Shown: positions 10,946-21,374 of the stretch, piece by piece
Numbering within the stretch: the stretch's first letter is position 1
Layout: each line of letters begins with the position of its first letter
Assembly: GCA_045598165.1 (NCBI GenBank)
Contig: JAZLLN010000088.1
Location: 56,588-120,587 of the forward strand
DNA from: Candidatus Cryptobacteroides sp.
Lineage (GTDB): Bacteria; Bacteroidota; Bacteroidia; Bacteroidales; UBA932
Length of the DNA stretch: 64,000 nt
Direction: 5' to 3'
Notes under the pieces: generated by a model
Database searches by the model: none
The model's input: only the letters and a program-made list of their open reading frames with translations
What the model was told of the DNA's origin: nothing
Translations under genes and position numbers: made by a program

Positions 10946-12250
10946 CTATTTCTGTGTTCTGACAACGGTAGTTGCCCTCATTCCGCCGCAGGACACGGTA
11001 TATGCCTGTCCGTCGGTGAGGCTGTACATGAATGCGTCAGCAGTCTGGGGATAATATTTGCTGTACATTCCGATATACCTGTTAGCCTCTTCCGTAAGGG
11101 TTTCGTCCGCAGCTTTTGCCTTCTGCATATAATCAACTGCCACCCAATAGGGAGCGCGTTTTTCAATTTCGTCTCCACCGCAGGTCGTAGAACCCCAGAT
11201 GTTGCCGATGAGGAAGTAGGACTTGCCGGCAAGTGCCTGATCGAGCTCGGCAGCCTTCACGGCAGATTCGAATGCAAGACTCCTGCGTCCGTTCTTGAAG
11301 GAATATGTGGCAAGCTCGAAATAGTACTCTGCATCCGTCTTTGCGTCGGACTCCTCAAAAGCGATGGCCTCCTCAAGATAATTGATGGCTTCCTCCACGT
11401 TGTCATTCACTGAATTGAGTCTGAACAAGGCATATGCGGAGTTATAGGAAGGATTGTCGGCGTGCATCACGGTCACTGCCTTGAGATAAAGGTCATTCTT
11501 GATACAATCCTCAGCCACATTGAGCATCTTTACGATTCTTCCCGCAAGTTCGGCATTGGTAGGTTCAGCCTCGAATTTGGGAGTGAGGATAGAAAGCAGC
11601 GTCTCGCAACTCGCCACACCGCTCTGGATGAAACGGGCCTCAAGTTCAGCCTTTGCGGAAGCGGCTTCCTCGCCTTCTGCAGAGGCGAGATACTCCATGT
11701 TCTGCTGATAGATGTTTATGAGATTCTCACCATCCATCTTTCCATCCTTGTAAAGCTCTGTGGCGGCATTGAACTGGTGAACGAAAAGAGTGGGCTTTGT
11801 AAGTTCCCTGTTGGCATCAACGATTGCGCTGTACTCCTTGAAAAGCCTTTCGTTGTCGTTCTTGATATAATTGAAGATATCCTGTCCCTTGTTGTTCAGC
11901 GCAGTAACCTTGTATTTAGGGAAAAACTGAACCCTCTGGTCGTGAAGAGTAAACAGAGTATCAATCAATGCGTCCCTGTATTCAACGTTCTTTGCATTCT
12001 TCGAAATAAGCCTGCGGACAAGTATTGTTCCGTTGGTAAGTATCGTCTGTCTTGAAGCGGGCGGGCACAGTTTGTATGCCTGACGCCATGCGGGAATAGC
12101 ATCGTCGAAAGCCTTCTGTTTGAAATACTCCTCATAATATGAAATGTACTTGAGGCATTCTTCCTTGTTGGGACCGAACTTGTCATCCTGCGCAAGAGCG
12201 CTTGCTCCGGCAAAAAACGCAATGAGAGAAATTAAAATCAGTTTTTTCAT
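10946..12250 (-). CDS. Tetratricopeptide-repeat periplasmic protein
   Basis: Signal peptide MKKLILISLIAFFAGASALA at ATG 12250; helical repeats; YWVAVDY..KAK motif typical of the Bacteroidota TPR protein upstream of lptC. Confidence 0.75.
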   Translation of the reverse strand: MKKLILISLIAFFAGASALAQDDKFGPNKEECLKYISYYEEYFKQKAFDDAIPAWRQAYKLCPPASRQTILTNGTILVRRLISKNAKNVEYRDALIDTLFTLHDQRVQFFPKYKVTALNNKGQDIFNYIKNDNERLFKEYSAIVDANRELTKPTLFVHQFNAATELYKDGKMDGENLINIYQQNMEYLASAEGEEAASAKAELEARFIQSGVASCETLLSILTPKFEAEPTNAELAGRIVKMLNVAEDCIKNDLYLKAVTVMHADNPSYNSAYALFRLNSVNDNVEEAINYLEEAIAFEESDAKTDAEYYFELATYSFKNGRRSLAFESAVKAAELDQALAGKSYFLIGNIWGSTTCGGDEIEKRAPYWVAVDYMQKAKAADETLTEEANRYIGMYSKYYPQTADAFMYSLTDGQAYTVSCGGMRATTVVRTQK

Positions 12251-12266
12251 ATTTGTTGTACGTTTG

Positions 12267-13559
12267 TTAATCGTATTGCATCTTGTAGAACCACCTGTCG
12301 TACAGGTTGACGGCAAAAGAGAAATTGATATAAGTCTCTCTGACCATACTGTTTTTCAAAGAGCCCCTGCGTCCGAGGTCAATCGCAACGGTAACTGCAT
12401 TGAATCCGTTGAATACAGGGAACGTGGCACCTACCGTCAATCCCTTGGCATCAATCTTATTGCCGCCGACGGTAAAATATTCATCGTTATAATACACCCC
12501 GGCCCGGTATGACACACGCCTGAAATAATATCTGGGATCCCTGCGGTCAGGAACATATTCCGCTCCCAGACGGAAGGACTGGGATCTTTTACCTGCAAAG
12601 GAATTGACCAGTCCGTTGACTGAAAAGAAGCGGTCATTTTCAAATCCTGACTTTGCCCAATCCGACGTAAGGTAGTCGAATTCTATCGTAAGGACGTCAC
12701 GGAACCTTGCGGAAAGGCCCGCTCCCAGTTCGTCGGCAAAGTTTATGCTCCCGAGTTCCCCTTCCACACCGTCATATGTCACTGCGCCTCTCATCGGCGA
12801 ACCGAGTTTATACGTCGCTCCCACCCCGAAGTTCCAATCTGCACCGACAGGCTGGAAGAACTGCAATCCGAATTTTCCGGAAAATGTGTTGATGTTGGTC
12901 CGGTCCAGACCGGAATAGCCCCGATAACTCTCCTCAGAAAAACTTACGGTTCTTTTCTTGACTATGTTGCCGAAATAGTACATAGCCTCCGCTCCGATGG
13001 ACAGTCGGTCCCAGAATGTCACACCTGCAGCCGCGAACAGCTGATATATCGCACCCTGGCCACCGTAGGCATAACTGATGTTGCCGCAGTCCGCAATTAC
13101 CTTCGGATCCGTTTCAAAATAATTGTAGCCGTATCCGGTATTGCTGTACGGCATTATTCCCACCATCATCGCCGAAGATCTGTAAATGGGAAAGGAGATA
13201 ATGCAGTCCCCGATATTGAAAGTGTTGCTGACGGAAGTGAGATTTGACGATCCCGCATCCTGACGGAAATACTTGTTCCCCTGGTAAAGGGAGAAATCCA
13301 CCATGAAGGCAAGGGAATCGCGCGCAGTTACCGCAGCCGGATTCATCGGATTGATATAACGGTGGTTACGTGATGCTATACCGACACCTCCCATACTGGT
13401 AGTATAGGCAGAACCCATCGAATAAAGGTCTCCGAAGCCGAAAATCGAATATGGAGTAAATGTTCCGTATGCCCCCGTGTCATCTTCCGCGCTGGCGGAA
13501 ATAACACCGGCGAACAAAGCGAACGCAAGCAAAAGTCCCCTATAAACTCTTCCTGACAT
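12267..13559 (-). CDS. Outer-membrane beta-barrel protein (FadL/PorV-like superfamily)
   Basis: Signal peptide; TPYSIFGFGDL, SMGGVGIA and NPMNPAA N-terminal motifs; ends DRWFYKMQYD. Confidence 0.7.
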   Translation of the reverse strand: MSGRVYRGLLLAFALFAGVISASAEDDTGAYGTFTPYSIFGFGDLYSMGSAYTTSMGGVGIASRNHRYINPMNPAAVTARDSLAFMVDFSLYQGNKYFRQDAGSSNLTSVSNTFNIGDCIISFPIYRSSAMMVGIMPYSNTGYGYNYFETDPKVIADCGNISYAYGGQGAIYQLFAAAGVTFWDRLSIGAEAMYYFGNIVKKRTVSFSEESYRGYSGLDRTNINTFSGKFGLQFFQPVGADWNFGVGATYKLGSPMRGAVTYDGVEGELGSINFADELGAGLSARFRDVLTIEFDYLTSDWAKSGFENDRFFSVNGLVNSFAGKRSQSFRLGAEYVPDRRDPRYYFRRVSYRAGVYYNDEYFTVGGNKIDAKGLTVGATFPVFNGFNAVTVAIDLGRRGSLKNSMVRETYINFSFAVNLYDRWFYKMQYD

Positions 13560-14100
13560 AATTGTCTGTAATCAAAGCCAAACCCATCAAAACAAGGTTG
13601 CGAACAACAAAGATGGAGTTTTTCATCCTTTTTGCAAAATAAATTGCATTTTCCCCTGTAAAAACGGCAATATTCTTCGGGCGTACCGCCAGTACCCTTT
13701 CAATTTCAAACTCCGTGCCTGAAATCGGCTCCTCCCCACGGCAGTTCCCGTACCAATCCACGAAATCAACGGAATATTCACCGCCGAGATGAAAGACGGA
13801 ACAGGCCCTTCCCTTGAAAAGATAACGCGCGCATTCAGAAGCCGCCACCCTGCAAAACGATTTGTCAAAAACCATAAGATGATGGCTGCAGCCCCTGAGC
13901 AATGTTTCTGTTTCCACCGGAATCGGATCCTCGGAAATCAACGCCATCACTTCAGGTTTTTCTTTTTCCGCTTCAATGCTTGAAATGATGAATTTCAGAT
14001 AATCCTTCCCTTTGCAACGATATATTCTGCCAAGGGTCAATCCTTCGGACCATGCAAGCTTGAATGAAGAACCTTCTATTTCAACCAAAAGGTTAGCCAT
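13540..14100 (-). CDS. Degenerate type III pantothenate kinase (CoaX)-like protein
   Basis: Syntenic with Bacteroidota coaX. NLLVEIEGSSFKLA, CRVAAS, SVFHLGGEYSVDFV, VFTGENA and NLVLMGL align to CoaX motifs, but catalytic residues are substituted. Confidence 0.65.
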   Translation of the reverse strand: MANLLVEIEGSSFKLAWSEGLTLGRIYRCKGKDYLKFIISSIEAEKEKPEVMALISEDPIPVETETLLRGCSHHLMVFDKSFCRVAASECARYLFKGRACSVFHLGGEYSVDFVDWYGNCRGEEPISGTEFEIERVLAVRPKNIAVFTGENAIYFAKRMKNSIFVVRNLVLMGLALITDNYVRKSL

Positions 14101-14122
14101 AACGGAGCCACAAATTTAGCAA

Positions 14123-17100
14123 TTATCCGAGTATTGTCAAAACCTGATACGCTTTCTCCAATGAATCAATTCCCCTTGCAACTATTTTCAGTTTGGAATC
14201 GACCTGCTTGAGGGAAAAAATCCCTGGATGATCACCAATTTTCTGCATTACGGATACAAACACGTCGGATTTATAGTAAGGTGACATAGGATTGCCTATA
14301 AAGAACAGAATGAACATTCCGTTTTTTATTATAATCTTTTCAAAACCGAGAGATGCACCGAGATTTCTGATTCTGACAACCATGAACAGATTGTCTGTCT
14401 CCGGAGGTATTTCGCCGAATCTGTCCCTTATCTGACTGTGGAGCCTTTCAATCTCTTTCTCCGAACCCAGTGAATCCAACTGTTTGTATATCCTTATCTT
14501 TTCGGAAGTAATGTCTATATAATCATCGGGAATCAAAGCCGACTGGTCTGTTTCTATGGTACAGTCTTCCGTGAACTTCCCATTTTCGCGCCTGATTTCA
14601 GTACCCGTTTCAACACCGAGTTCCTCCATAGCCTCAGCAAGAATCTTCTGATATGTTTCATATCCCATTTCAGTTATGAAACCGCTCTGCTCGGCGCCAA
14701 GCAGATTTCCCGCACCGCGGATGTCCAAATCCTGCATGGCAATGTTGAAACCGCTTCCAAGATCCGAAAATTCCTCTATAGCCTTGAGCCTCCTCCTGGC
14801 ATCATCCGTAATGCTGACGAGAGGTGGGACTATAAGATAGCAGAATGCCTTCCTGTTAGACCTTCCTACACGTCCACGAAGCTGATGCAAATCACTGAGA
14901 CCGATATTCTGGGCTTGATTTATTATGATTGTATTGGCATTCGGTATATCAAGCCCGTTCTCGATTATGGTTGTACAGAGAAGCAGATCATAATCGCCCC
15001 TTATGAAATCAAGCATTCTGTTTTCAAGTTCCTTTGATTCCATCTGTCCGTGCACAACGCATATTTTCATATCGGGAACAAGCCTGTGAAGAATTTCTTC
15101 TATGGAAGGAAGTTCTTCAACCTTGTTGTGAAGGAAAAATATCTGACCTCCCCGGTTCAGTTCGTAATTGATTATGCTCTTTATTTCCTTCTGATCGAAC
15201 AGAATGATTTCCGTCTGGACGGGAATCCTGTTCGGAGGAGGGGTACTTATTATACTCAAATCCCTCGCTCCAAGCAAAGAAAACTGAAGAGTTCTTGGAA
15301 TAGGTGTGGCGGTAAGTGTCAATGTGTCTATTCCGGCTCTTATTCTGCGCAGTTTTTCCTTGGCGGCGACACCGAATTTCTGCTCCTCATCAATCACTAA
15401 AAGTCCAAGGTCCTTGAATTCAAATGATTCCCCGAGTATTTTGTGTGTTCCTATCAGAACGTCTATCTTTCCTGCGGCAAGTCTTTCCCTTATGTTTGAT
15501 ATTTCTTTTGCAGTTCGGAGCCTGCTGACATAATCCACATTGCATGGAAGTCCCTTCAAACGTGACAGGAACGTATTGTAATGCTGCAATGCAAGTATTG
15601 TCGTCGGAACAAGAACGGCCACCTGTTTGCTGTCGCACACGGCCTTGAATGTTGCCCTGATTGCTATTTCGGTTTTTCCGAATCCTACATCACCGCATAC
15701 AAGTCTGTCCATTGGACAATTATCCTCCATGTCTCTCTTGACAGAAATACTTGCCGCTTCCTGATCCGGAGTGTCTTCAAACATGAACGATGATTCAAGT
15801 TCTTCCTGGAGATAGGTATCCGCAGAAAACGCAAAACCTCTGGAAGCCTTCCGCTTGGCATATAACTGTATAAGATCCTTGGCTATGTCCTTGACTTTTG
15901 ACTTTGCCGTATTTTTCAGGGCTATCCAGGATTTTGAACCCAGTTTGTTGATTTTTGGAGCTTCTCCATCCCGGCTGCGAAAACGTGAAATCTTATGAAG
16001 CGCGTGTACGGATACAAAAACCACATCTCCGTCCTTATATGTAAGTTTAATAACTTCCTTCGGACGTCCCTTGTCGTCATACATCCTTACCAAACCTCCG
16101 AAAACACCGACACCGTGGTCTATATGAACCACATAATCACCCACATTGAATGAATTCAGGTCATTCAACGTCAGCTGTTCGCTTTTTTCAACGCTTCTTC
16201 TTATACTGACCCTGTGGAATCTGTCAAATATCTCATGGTCGGTATAACAGCATATTTTATTGTCATTGTCTATAAATCCCTGATGAATGTTTTTCCCGAC
16301 GACAAATTCAGGAATAAGTCCACCATTGACGGACAGTATGGATTTCAATCTGTTGAGTTGCGATTCCTTTTCTCCATAAATCAGAACCCTGTAGCCACTT
16401 TCAATTTTTTTCCTTATGTCAATTGAAAGGAGTTCAAAATCCTTGTTGAACACAGGCTGCGGACTGATGTTGAATTTTACGGTATTTTCTCCGGAATATG
16501 ACAATGGAGTATCCAGAAAAACTTTCTTAAACCCTGTCGTAAGATTGAAAAAGTCCGATTCCCTGTACATATCGGAAGAATCAAGCCATAATACCGATTT
16601 ATCAGGAATAATTGAAAGTATGTTTTCAGATTCGTTTGAATCCGCCGCCACGATATCCGATATTACCTGAATCTTTTTAACCTTTTCCTTTGAGAGCTGG
16701 GTATTGCAGTCGAACAGGCTTATGTCATCTATTTCGTTTCCCCAGAAAGAAAGTCTGTAAGGATAATTGTTCGAATATGAGAAAATATCAACTATTGAAC
16801 CTCTTATTGCAATCTGTCCTGGAGATGACACAAAATCAACTTTCTCAAAGCCCAATGCTGAAAGTTTTTCAAGAATACTCTCGTGGGATATTTCATCTCC
16901 TATGGAAAATTCCAGAACGGACGAGTTTATTTTCCTTTTTGAAGGAATAGGTTCCTCCAAAGCTTCCGGATAACTTACTATTACCGTAAATTCACCATTA
17001 TGTGAAATGATTCTTTCAACAGCAGACGTTCTTTGTACTCCCAGAGTTGACTTGTAATTGCTTCTTTCGACTCCCTTTCCTCCCTCGGGTAAATAAAAGA

Positions 17101-17329
17101 TACAATCCCCCTCGATAAGGTTATATAGGTCCGCGACACAGTATTCCGCGCTTTCTTTTGTCGGAAGTATTATAAAATGGAAATTTTTTTCAGCAATTTG
17201 ACTGAATACGAACCACTTTGCAGAAAGAAACAATCCCGAACAGAATGTTTCATCAGAAGAAATCATTCTGTCACGAAGAATCGTTGTCATCTCACCACTT
17301 ATCAACATTTTTTCCTTAAAGCTGTTCAT
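14123..17329 (-). CDS. mfd: Transcription-repair coupling factor
   Basis: GDYVVHIDHGVG (CarD-like/RID), DRLVCGDVGFGKTE, DEEQKFG, TATPIPRT, QLRGRVGR, DLDIRGAGNLLG. Confidence 0.97.
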   Translation of the reverse strand: MNSFKEKMLISGEMTTILRDRMISSDETFCSGLFLSAKWFVFSQIAEKNFHFIILPTKESAEYCVADLYNLIEGDCIFYLPEGGKGVERSNYKSTLGVQRTSAVERIISHNGEFTVIVSYPEALEEPIPSKRKINSSVLEFSIGDEISHESILEKLSALGFEKVDFVSSPGQIAIRGSIVDIFSYSNNYPYRLSFWGNEIDDISLFDCNTQLSKEKVKKIQVISDIVAADSNESENILSIIPDKSVLWLDSSDMYRESDFFNLTTGFKKVFLDTPLSYSGENTVKFNISPQPVFNKDFELLSIDIRKKIESGYRVLIYGEKESQLNRLKSILSVNGGLIPEFVVGKNIHQGFIDNDNKICCYTDHEIFDRFHRVSIRRSVEKSEQLTLNDLNSFNVGDYVVHIDHGVGVFGGLVRMYDDKGRPKEVIKLTYKDGDVVFVSVHALHKISRFRSRDGEAPKINKLGSKSWIALKNTAKSKVKDIAKDLIQLYAKRKASRGFAFSADTYLQEELESSFMFEDTPDQEAASISVKRDMEDNCPMDRLVCGDVGFGKTEIAIRATFKAVCDSKQVAVLVPTTILALQHYNTFLSRLKGLPCNVDYVSRLRTAKEISNIRERLAAGKIDVLIGTHKILGESFEFKDLGLLVIDEEQKFGVAAKEKLRRIRAGIDTLTLTATPIPRTLQFSLLGARDLSIISTPPPNRIPVQTEIILFDQKEIKSIINYELNRGGQIFFLHNKVEELPSIEEILHRLVPDMKICVVHGQMESKELENRMLDFIRGDYDLLLCTTIIENGLDIPNANTIIINQAQNIGLSDLHQLRGRVGRSNRKAFCYLIVPPLVSITDDARRRLKAIEEFSDLGSGFNIAMQDLDIRGAGNLLGAEQSGFITEMGYETYQKILAEAMEELGVETGTEIRRENGKFTEDCTIETDQSALIPDDYIDITSEKIRIYKQLDSLGSEKEIERLHSQIRDRFGEIPPETDNLFMVVRIRNLGASLGFEKIIIKNGMFILFFIGNPMSPYYKSDVFVSVMQKIGDHPGIFSLKQVDSKLKIVARGIDSLEKAYQVLTILG

Positions 17330-17558
17330 AACCTATTGAAAACCCTGTTAATTTCTGAAAGCACCTGTGTTGAAAAAAAACTTCATTGATTTTTCAACAT
17401 TTTACAATCACTGTCACAAACGTGTTCCTAACAATTTTAATATATTATAAATAATTGATTTATAATTATTTAATTGGTTATTAACAATATTAACAACACT
17501 ATAATAATCAATAGAATAAATAAAAAAACTATATTTGTATTTAATAAGAAACCGGCTT
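17299..17558. other. Candidate chromosomal replication origin (oriC)
   Basis: Divergent mfd/ruvB spacer with a ~110-nt almost pure A/T tract and repeated DnaA-box-like 9-mers: TTATCAACA 17299, TGTTCATAA 17323, TGTTGAAAA 17368, TTTTCAACA 17391, TTATTAACA 17478. GC skew flips nearby. Confidence 0.55.
17530..17537 (+). promoter_or_regulatory. -7 promoter element (TATATTTG) for ruvB
   Basis: TAnnTTTG match 21 nt upstream of ATG 17559. Confidence 0.55.
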
Positions 17559-18572
17559 ATGACAGACTTCGACCCCCACAATACAAACGAAAGCAAAGAT
17601 AAGGATTTGGATGGAATAATAAGACCGCAGGAACTTAAAGATTTCACGGGTCAGAGAGAAATCATTTCAAATCTGAAAATATACATAGAAGCGGCAAAAA
17701 TGAGGGGGGATGCTCTGGATCATACCCTTTTCCATGGTCCTCCCGGACTGGGAAAGACTACCCTCGCGCACATCATAGCAAATGAATTGGGTGTCAATAT
17801 GAAAATTACATCCGGACCGGTACTCGACAGACCCGGGGATCTTGCTGGACTGCTGACTTCACTTGAAACGGGTGACGTGCTTTTCATTGATGAAATTCAC
17901 AGATTATCCCCTGAAGTTGAGGAATATCTTTATTCGGCGATGGAGGATTATGTGATAGACATCATGATAGACAAGGGACCGGGAGCCAGGTCCGTCCGTA
18001 TTTCACTAAATCCTTTCACTCTTGTAGGAGCCACAACGCGAAGCGGTCTCCTTACCGCACCGCTTCGTGAACGGTTCGGAATTACATGTGCTCTGGAATA
18101 TTATGATTCCGAGGATCTTGTCAGGATAGTTAAGAGAAGCTCCTCCATTCTGAAGGTTGATATAGATGATGAGGCCGCAAAGGAGATTGCTTTACGCAGT
18201 CGCGGAACTCCGAGAATTGCAAATGCTCTCCTTAAGCGTGTGAGAGATTTTGCACAGGTTATGGGAGATGGTCTCATCGATATAGGCATAACAAAATATG
18301 CCCTTGACAAGCTGCATATCGATACAAGAGGCCTTGACTCCATAGATAACAGGATACTTGATACGATAATAACAAAATTCAAGGGAGGTCCTGTAGGTGC
18401 CAGTACAATAGCTACGGCCATTGGGGAGGATCAAGGCACTTTCGAAGAGGTATATGAGCCTTATCTCATTAAAGAGGGATTCATTTTAAGAACACAGCGG
18501 GGAAGAATTGCAACCGATCTTGCCTATGAACATTCAGGTCTCAAGAAGAATGATGAATCCAGCCTGTTCTGA
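17559..18572 (+). CDS. ruvB: Holliday junction branch migration helicase RuvB
   Basis: [54 protein letters not shown]. Confidence 0.97.
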   Translation: MTDFDPHNTNESKDKDLDGIIRPQELKDFTGQREIISNLKIYIEAAKMRGDALDHTLFHGPPGLGKTTLAHIIANELGVNMKITSGPVLDRPGDLAGLLTSLETGDVLFIDEIHRLSPEVEEYLYSAMEDYVIDIMIDKGPGARSVRISLNPFTLVGATTRSGLLTAPLRERFGITCALEYYDSEDLVRIVKRSSSILKVDIDDEAAKEIALRSRGTPRIANALLKRVRDFAQVMGDGLIDIGITKYALDKLHIDTRGLDSIDNRILDTIITKFKGGPVGASTIATAIGEDQGTFEEVYEPYLIKEGFILRTQRGRIATDLAYEHSGLKKNDESSLF

Positions 18573-18638
18573 TTGCAATTGTGCATAAAAATGACTAAAA
18601 TTGCAGACTGATTGAAAATAGATAAATCCTAAATAAAT

Positions 18639-20585
18639 ATGGCAGATAAACTAATCTCAAAAATTCCGGACGGACCTTTGGCTGAAAAATGGACCAAACG
18701 TAAGTCGGAACTTCATCTTGTCAGTCCCAACAATAAGCGAAAACTTGAAATAATAGTTGTCGGAACAGGTCTAGGAGGAGCATCTGCAGCCGCTTCTCTT
18801 GGTGAGTTGGGTTACAACGTTAAAATCTTCTGCATAAGTGACACTCCGCGTCGTGCGCATTCCATCGCCGCTCAGGGAGGTATCAATGCGGCTAAGAATT
18901 ATCAGAATGACAATGATTCTATATATCGTCTGTTTTATGATACGATCAAAGGCGGAGATTACCGCAGCCGTGAAGCAAACGTTTATCGTCTTGCAGAGGT
19001 TAGTGCTTCAATCATAGACCAATGTGTTGCACAGGGTGTTCCTTTTGCCCGTGAATACGGCGGATATCTTGCAAACAGGTCTTTCGGAGGAGTGCAGGTC
19101 AGCCGTACATTCTATGCACGCGGTCAAACCGGACAGCAGCTTCTTCTCGGAGCTTATGCTTCTCTTAACAAGGAGATTGCGGCGGGTACCGTGAAAGCCT
19201 ACCCCAGACACGAAATGCTGGATCTCGTCATAATTGACGGTCAGGCAAAGGGTATCATTGCCCGTAACCTCGTAACAGGACAGCTCGAGAGGTTCGGGGC
19301 ACATGCAGTGGTGATAGCTACTGGAGGTTATGGAAACACTTATTTCCTTTCCACCAATGCCATGAACAGCAACGGTTCAGCTGCAGTTCAATGTTTTAAG
19401 AAAGGAGCATATTTCGCAAATCCCTGTTTCGCCCAAATCCATCCGACCTGTATTCCTGTTCATGGAGATCAGCAGTGCAAGCTTACACTTATGTCCGAGT
19501 CTCTCAGAAATGACGGACGTATCTGGGTTCCGAAAAAGAAAGAGGACGTTGAAAAGCTTCGCAAGCACGAGATAAAGGCTTCTCAGATTCCTGAAGAGGA
19601 TCGTGATTATTATCTCGAGCGCCGTTACCCGGCTTTCGGAAATCTTGTTCCACGTGACGTTGCGTCACGCGCCGCAAAGGAGCGTTGTGATGCCGGTTTC
19701 GGTGTTAATGAGACCGGAAAAGCCGTGTTCCTTGATTTCAGCGATGCCATAAACCGTCTCGGTCATCAGAGAGTTGCAGAACGTTACGGCAATCTTTTCG
19801 ATATGTATGAGAAGATTACCGCTTCTTCTCCCTGGAAAGAGCCTATGATGATTTATCCTGCAATCCATTATACCATGGGTGGAATCTGGGTGGATTATGA
19901 CCTTCAGACAACGATTCCGGGATTGTATGCGATTGGTGAGGCCAATTTCTCGGATCACGGTGGAAACAGGCTTGGAGCTTCTGCTCTCATGCAGGGTTTG
20001 GCTGACGGATATTTCATTCTTCCCGTTACTATCAACGACTATCTTTCAAAGAAGTTTGCCGAACCTAAGACCGATATCAATGCAAAGGAGTTTGTACTGG
20101 CTGAAAAGGCTGTTCAGGCACGTATTGACAGGTTGTTCTCCATCAACGGAACAGAGCCTGTGGATGCAATCCATAAGGCATTGGGACAGATTATGTGGGA
20201 ATATGTAGGTATGGCACGTGATGAAAAGGGTCTCAAGACAGCTATCACTGAAATCCGCGCTCTCAAAGAGAAATTCTACAAGAACGTGAAGGTTACCGGA
20301 ACTCAATACGAGTTCAATCAGGAACTTGAGAAGGCTCTCCGTCTCGAAGATTTCTTCGAAATCGGTGAACTTATGGCACGTGATGCTTTGAATAGAAGTG
20401 AATCCTGCGGAGGACATTTCCGTGTTGAGAGTCAGACTGAAGAAGGTGAAGCAAAGCGTGATGACGCTAACTTCATGTATGTTGCAGCCTGGGAATACAA
20501 GGGTGAAGGCCAGGAGCCTGAACTGCACAAGGAGAAACTTAACTACGAGTTTATTGAGGTGAAAACCAGAAACTATAAAGACTAA
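18639..20585 (+). CDS. frdA: Fumarate reductase/succinate dehydrogenase flavoprotein subunit
   Basis: [50 protein letters not shown]. Confidence 0.95.
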   Translation: MADKLISKIPDGPLAEKWTKRKSELHLVSPNNKRKLEIIVVGTGLGGASAAASLGELGYNVKIFCISDTPRRAHSIAAQGGINAAKNYQNDNDSIYRLFYDTIKGGDYRSREANVYRLAEVSASIIDQCVAQGVPFAREYGGYLANRSFGGVQVSRTFYARGQTGQQLLLGAYASLNKEIAAGTVKAYPRHEMLDLVIIDGQAKGIIARNLVTGQLERFGAHAVVIATGGYGNTYFLSTNAMNSNGSAAVQCFKKGAYFANPCFAQIHPTCIPVHGDQQCKLTLMSESLRNDGRIWVPKKKEDVEKLRKHEIKASQIPEEDRDYYLERRYPAFGNLVPRDVASRAAKERCDAGFGVNETGKAVFLDFSDAINRLGHQRVAERYGNLFDMYEKITASSPWKEPMMIYPAIHYTMGGIWVDYDLQTTIPGLYAIGEANFSDHGGNRLGASALMQGLADGYFILPVTINDYLSKKFAEPKTDINAKEFVLAEKAVQARIDRLFSINGTEPVDAIHKALGQIMWEYVGMARDEKGLKTAITEIRALKEKFYKNVKVTGTQYEFNQELEKALRLEDFFEIGELMARDALNRSESCGGHFRVESQTEEGEAKRDDANFMYVAAWEYKGEGQEPELHKEKLNYEFIEVKTRNYKD

Positions 20586-20590
20586 GGAAG

Positions 20591-21370
20591 ATGGAATTCA
20601 ACTTGAAAATATGGCGTCAGAAGAACGCTAAAGCCAAAGGACATTTCGAGACATACCATATCAGCGGTATAGAGGAGGATGCATCTTTCCTTGAGATGCT
20701 CGATATTCTCAATGAACAGCTTATCAGGGAAGGAAATGACCCTGTTGCCGTTGAAAGAGGTTGTCAGAGCAGTGGTCCCGTCTCTTTCGATCACGATTGT
20801 CGTGAGGGAATATGCGGAGCCTGCTCACTTTATATTGACGGTCGTGCACACGGTCCCGATGACCACGTTACTACCTGTCAGTTGTTTATGCGTCATTTCA
20901 AGGATGGTGCGACTATTACTGTAGAACCTTTCAGAAGCGCGGCTTTCCCTGTAATAAAGGACCTTGTAGTTGACCGTTCCGCCTTTGATAAGATACTTCA
21001 GGCAGGAGGATTCATTTCTGTACGTACAGGCGCAGCGCAGGATGCCAACAATATACTTATTCCTCACGACAGGGCTGAGGAGAGTATGGATGCGGCTGCG
21101 TGTGTGGGCTGCGGAGCCTGTGTTGCTACCTGCAAGAACGGATCTGCGATGCTCTTTGTTGCGGCCAGAGTCAGTTCACTGGCTCTTCTTCCTCAGGGAC
21201 GTCCTGAAGCGAAGCGTCGTGCCAAGGCTATGGTTGCAAAGATGGACGAGCTCGGTTTCGGTAACTGTACCAACACCAGAGCCTGTGAGATGGAATGTCC
21301 CAAGGGAATTTCCGTTGCTCACATCGCACGTCTCAACAGAGAGTTCCTTAAAGCTAAATTCTCGGATTAA
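20591..21370 (+). CDS. frdB: Fumarate reductase/succinate dehydrogenase iron-sulfur subunit
   Basis: [40 protein letters not shown]. Confidence 0.95.
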   Translation: MEFNLKIWRQKNAKAKGHFETYHISGIEEDASFLEMLDILNEQLIREGNDPVAVERGCQSSGPVSFDHDCREGICGACSLYIDGRAHGPDDHVTTCQLFMRHFKDGATITVEPFRSAAFPVIKDLVVDRSAFDKILQAGGFISVRTGAAQDANNILIPHDRAEESMDAAACVGCGACVATCKNGSAMLFVAARVSSLALLPQGRPEAKRRAKAMVAKMDELGFGNCTNTRACEMECPKGISVAHIARLNREFLKAKFSD

Positions 21371-21374
21371 GAGA

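Noticed and set aside
19645-19660. parS-like TGTTCCACGTGACGTT in frdA
   Set aside because: Only one good half-site (12/16), explained by the conserved LVPRDV protein motif.
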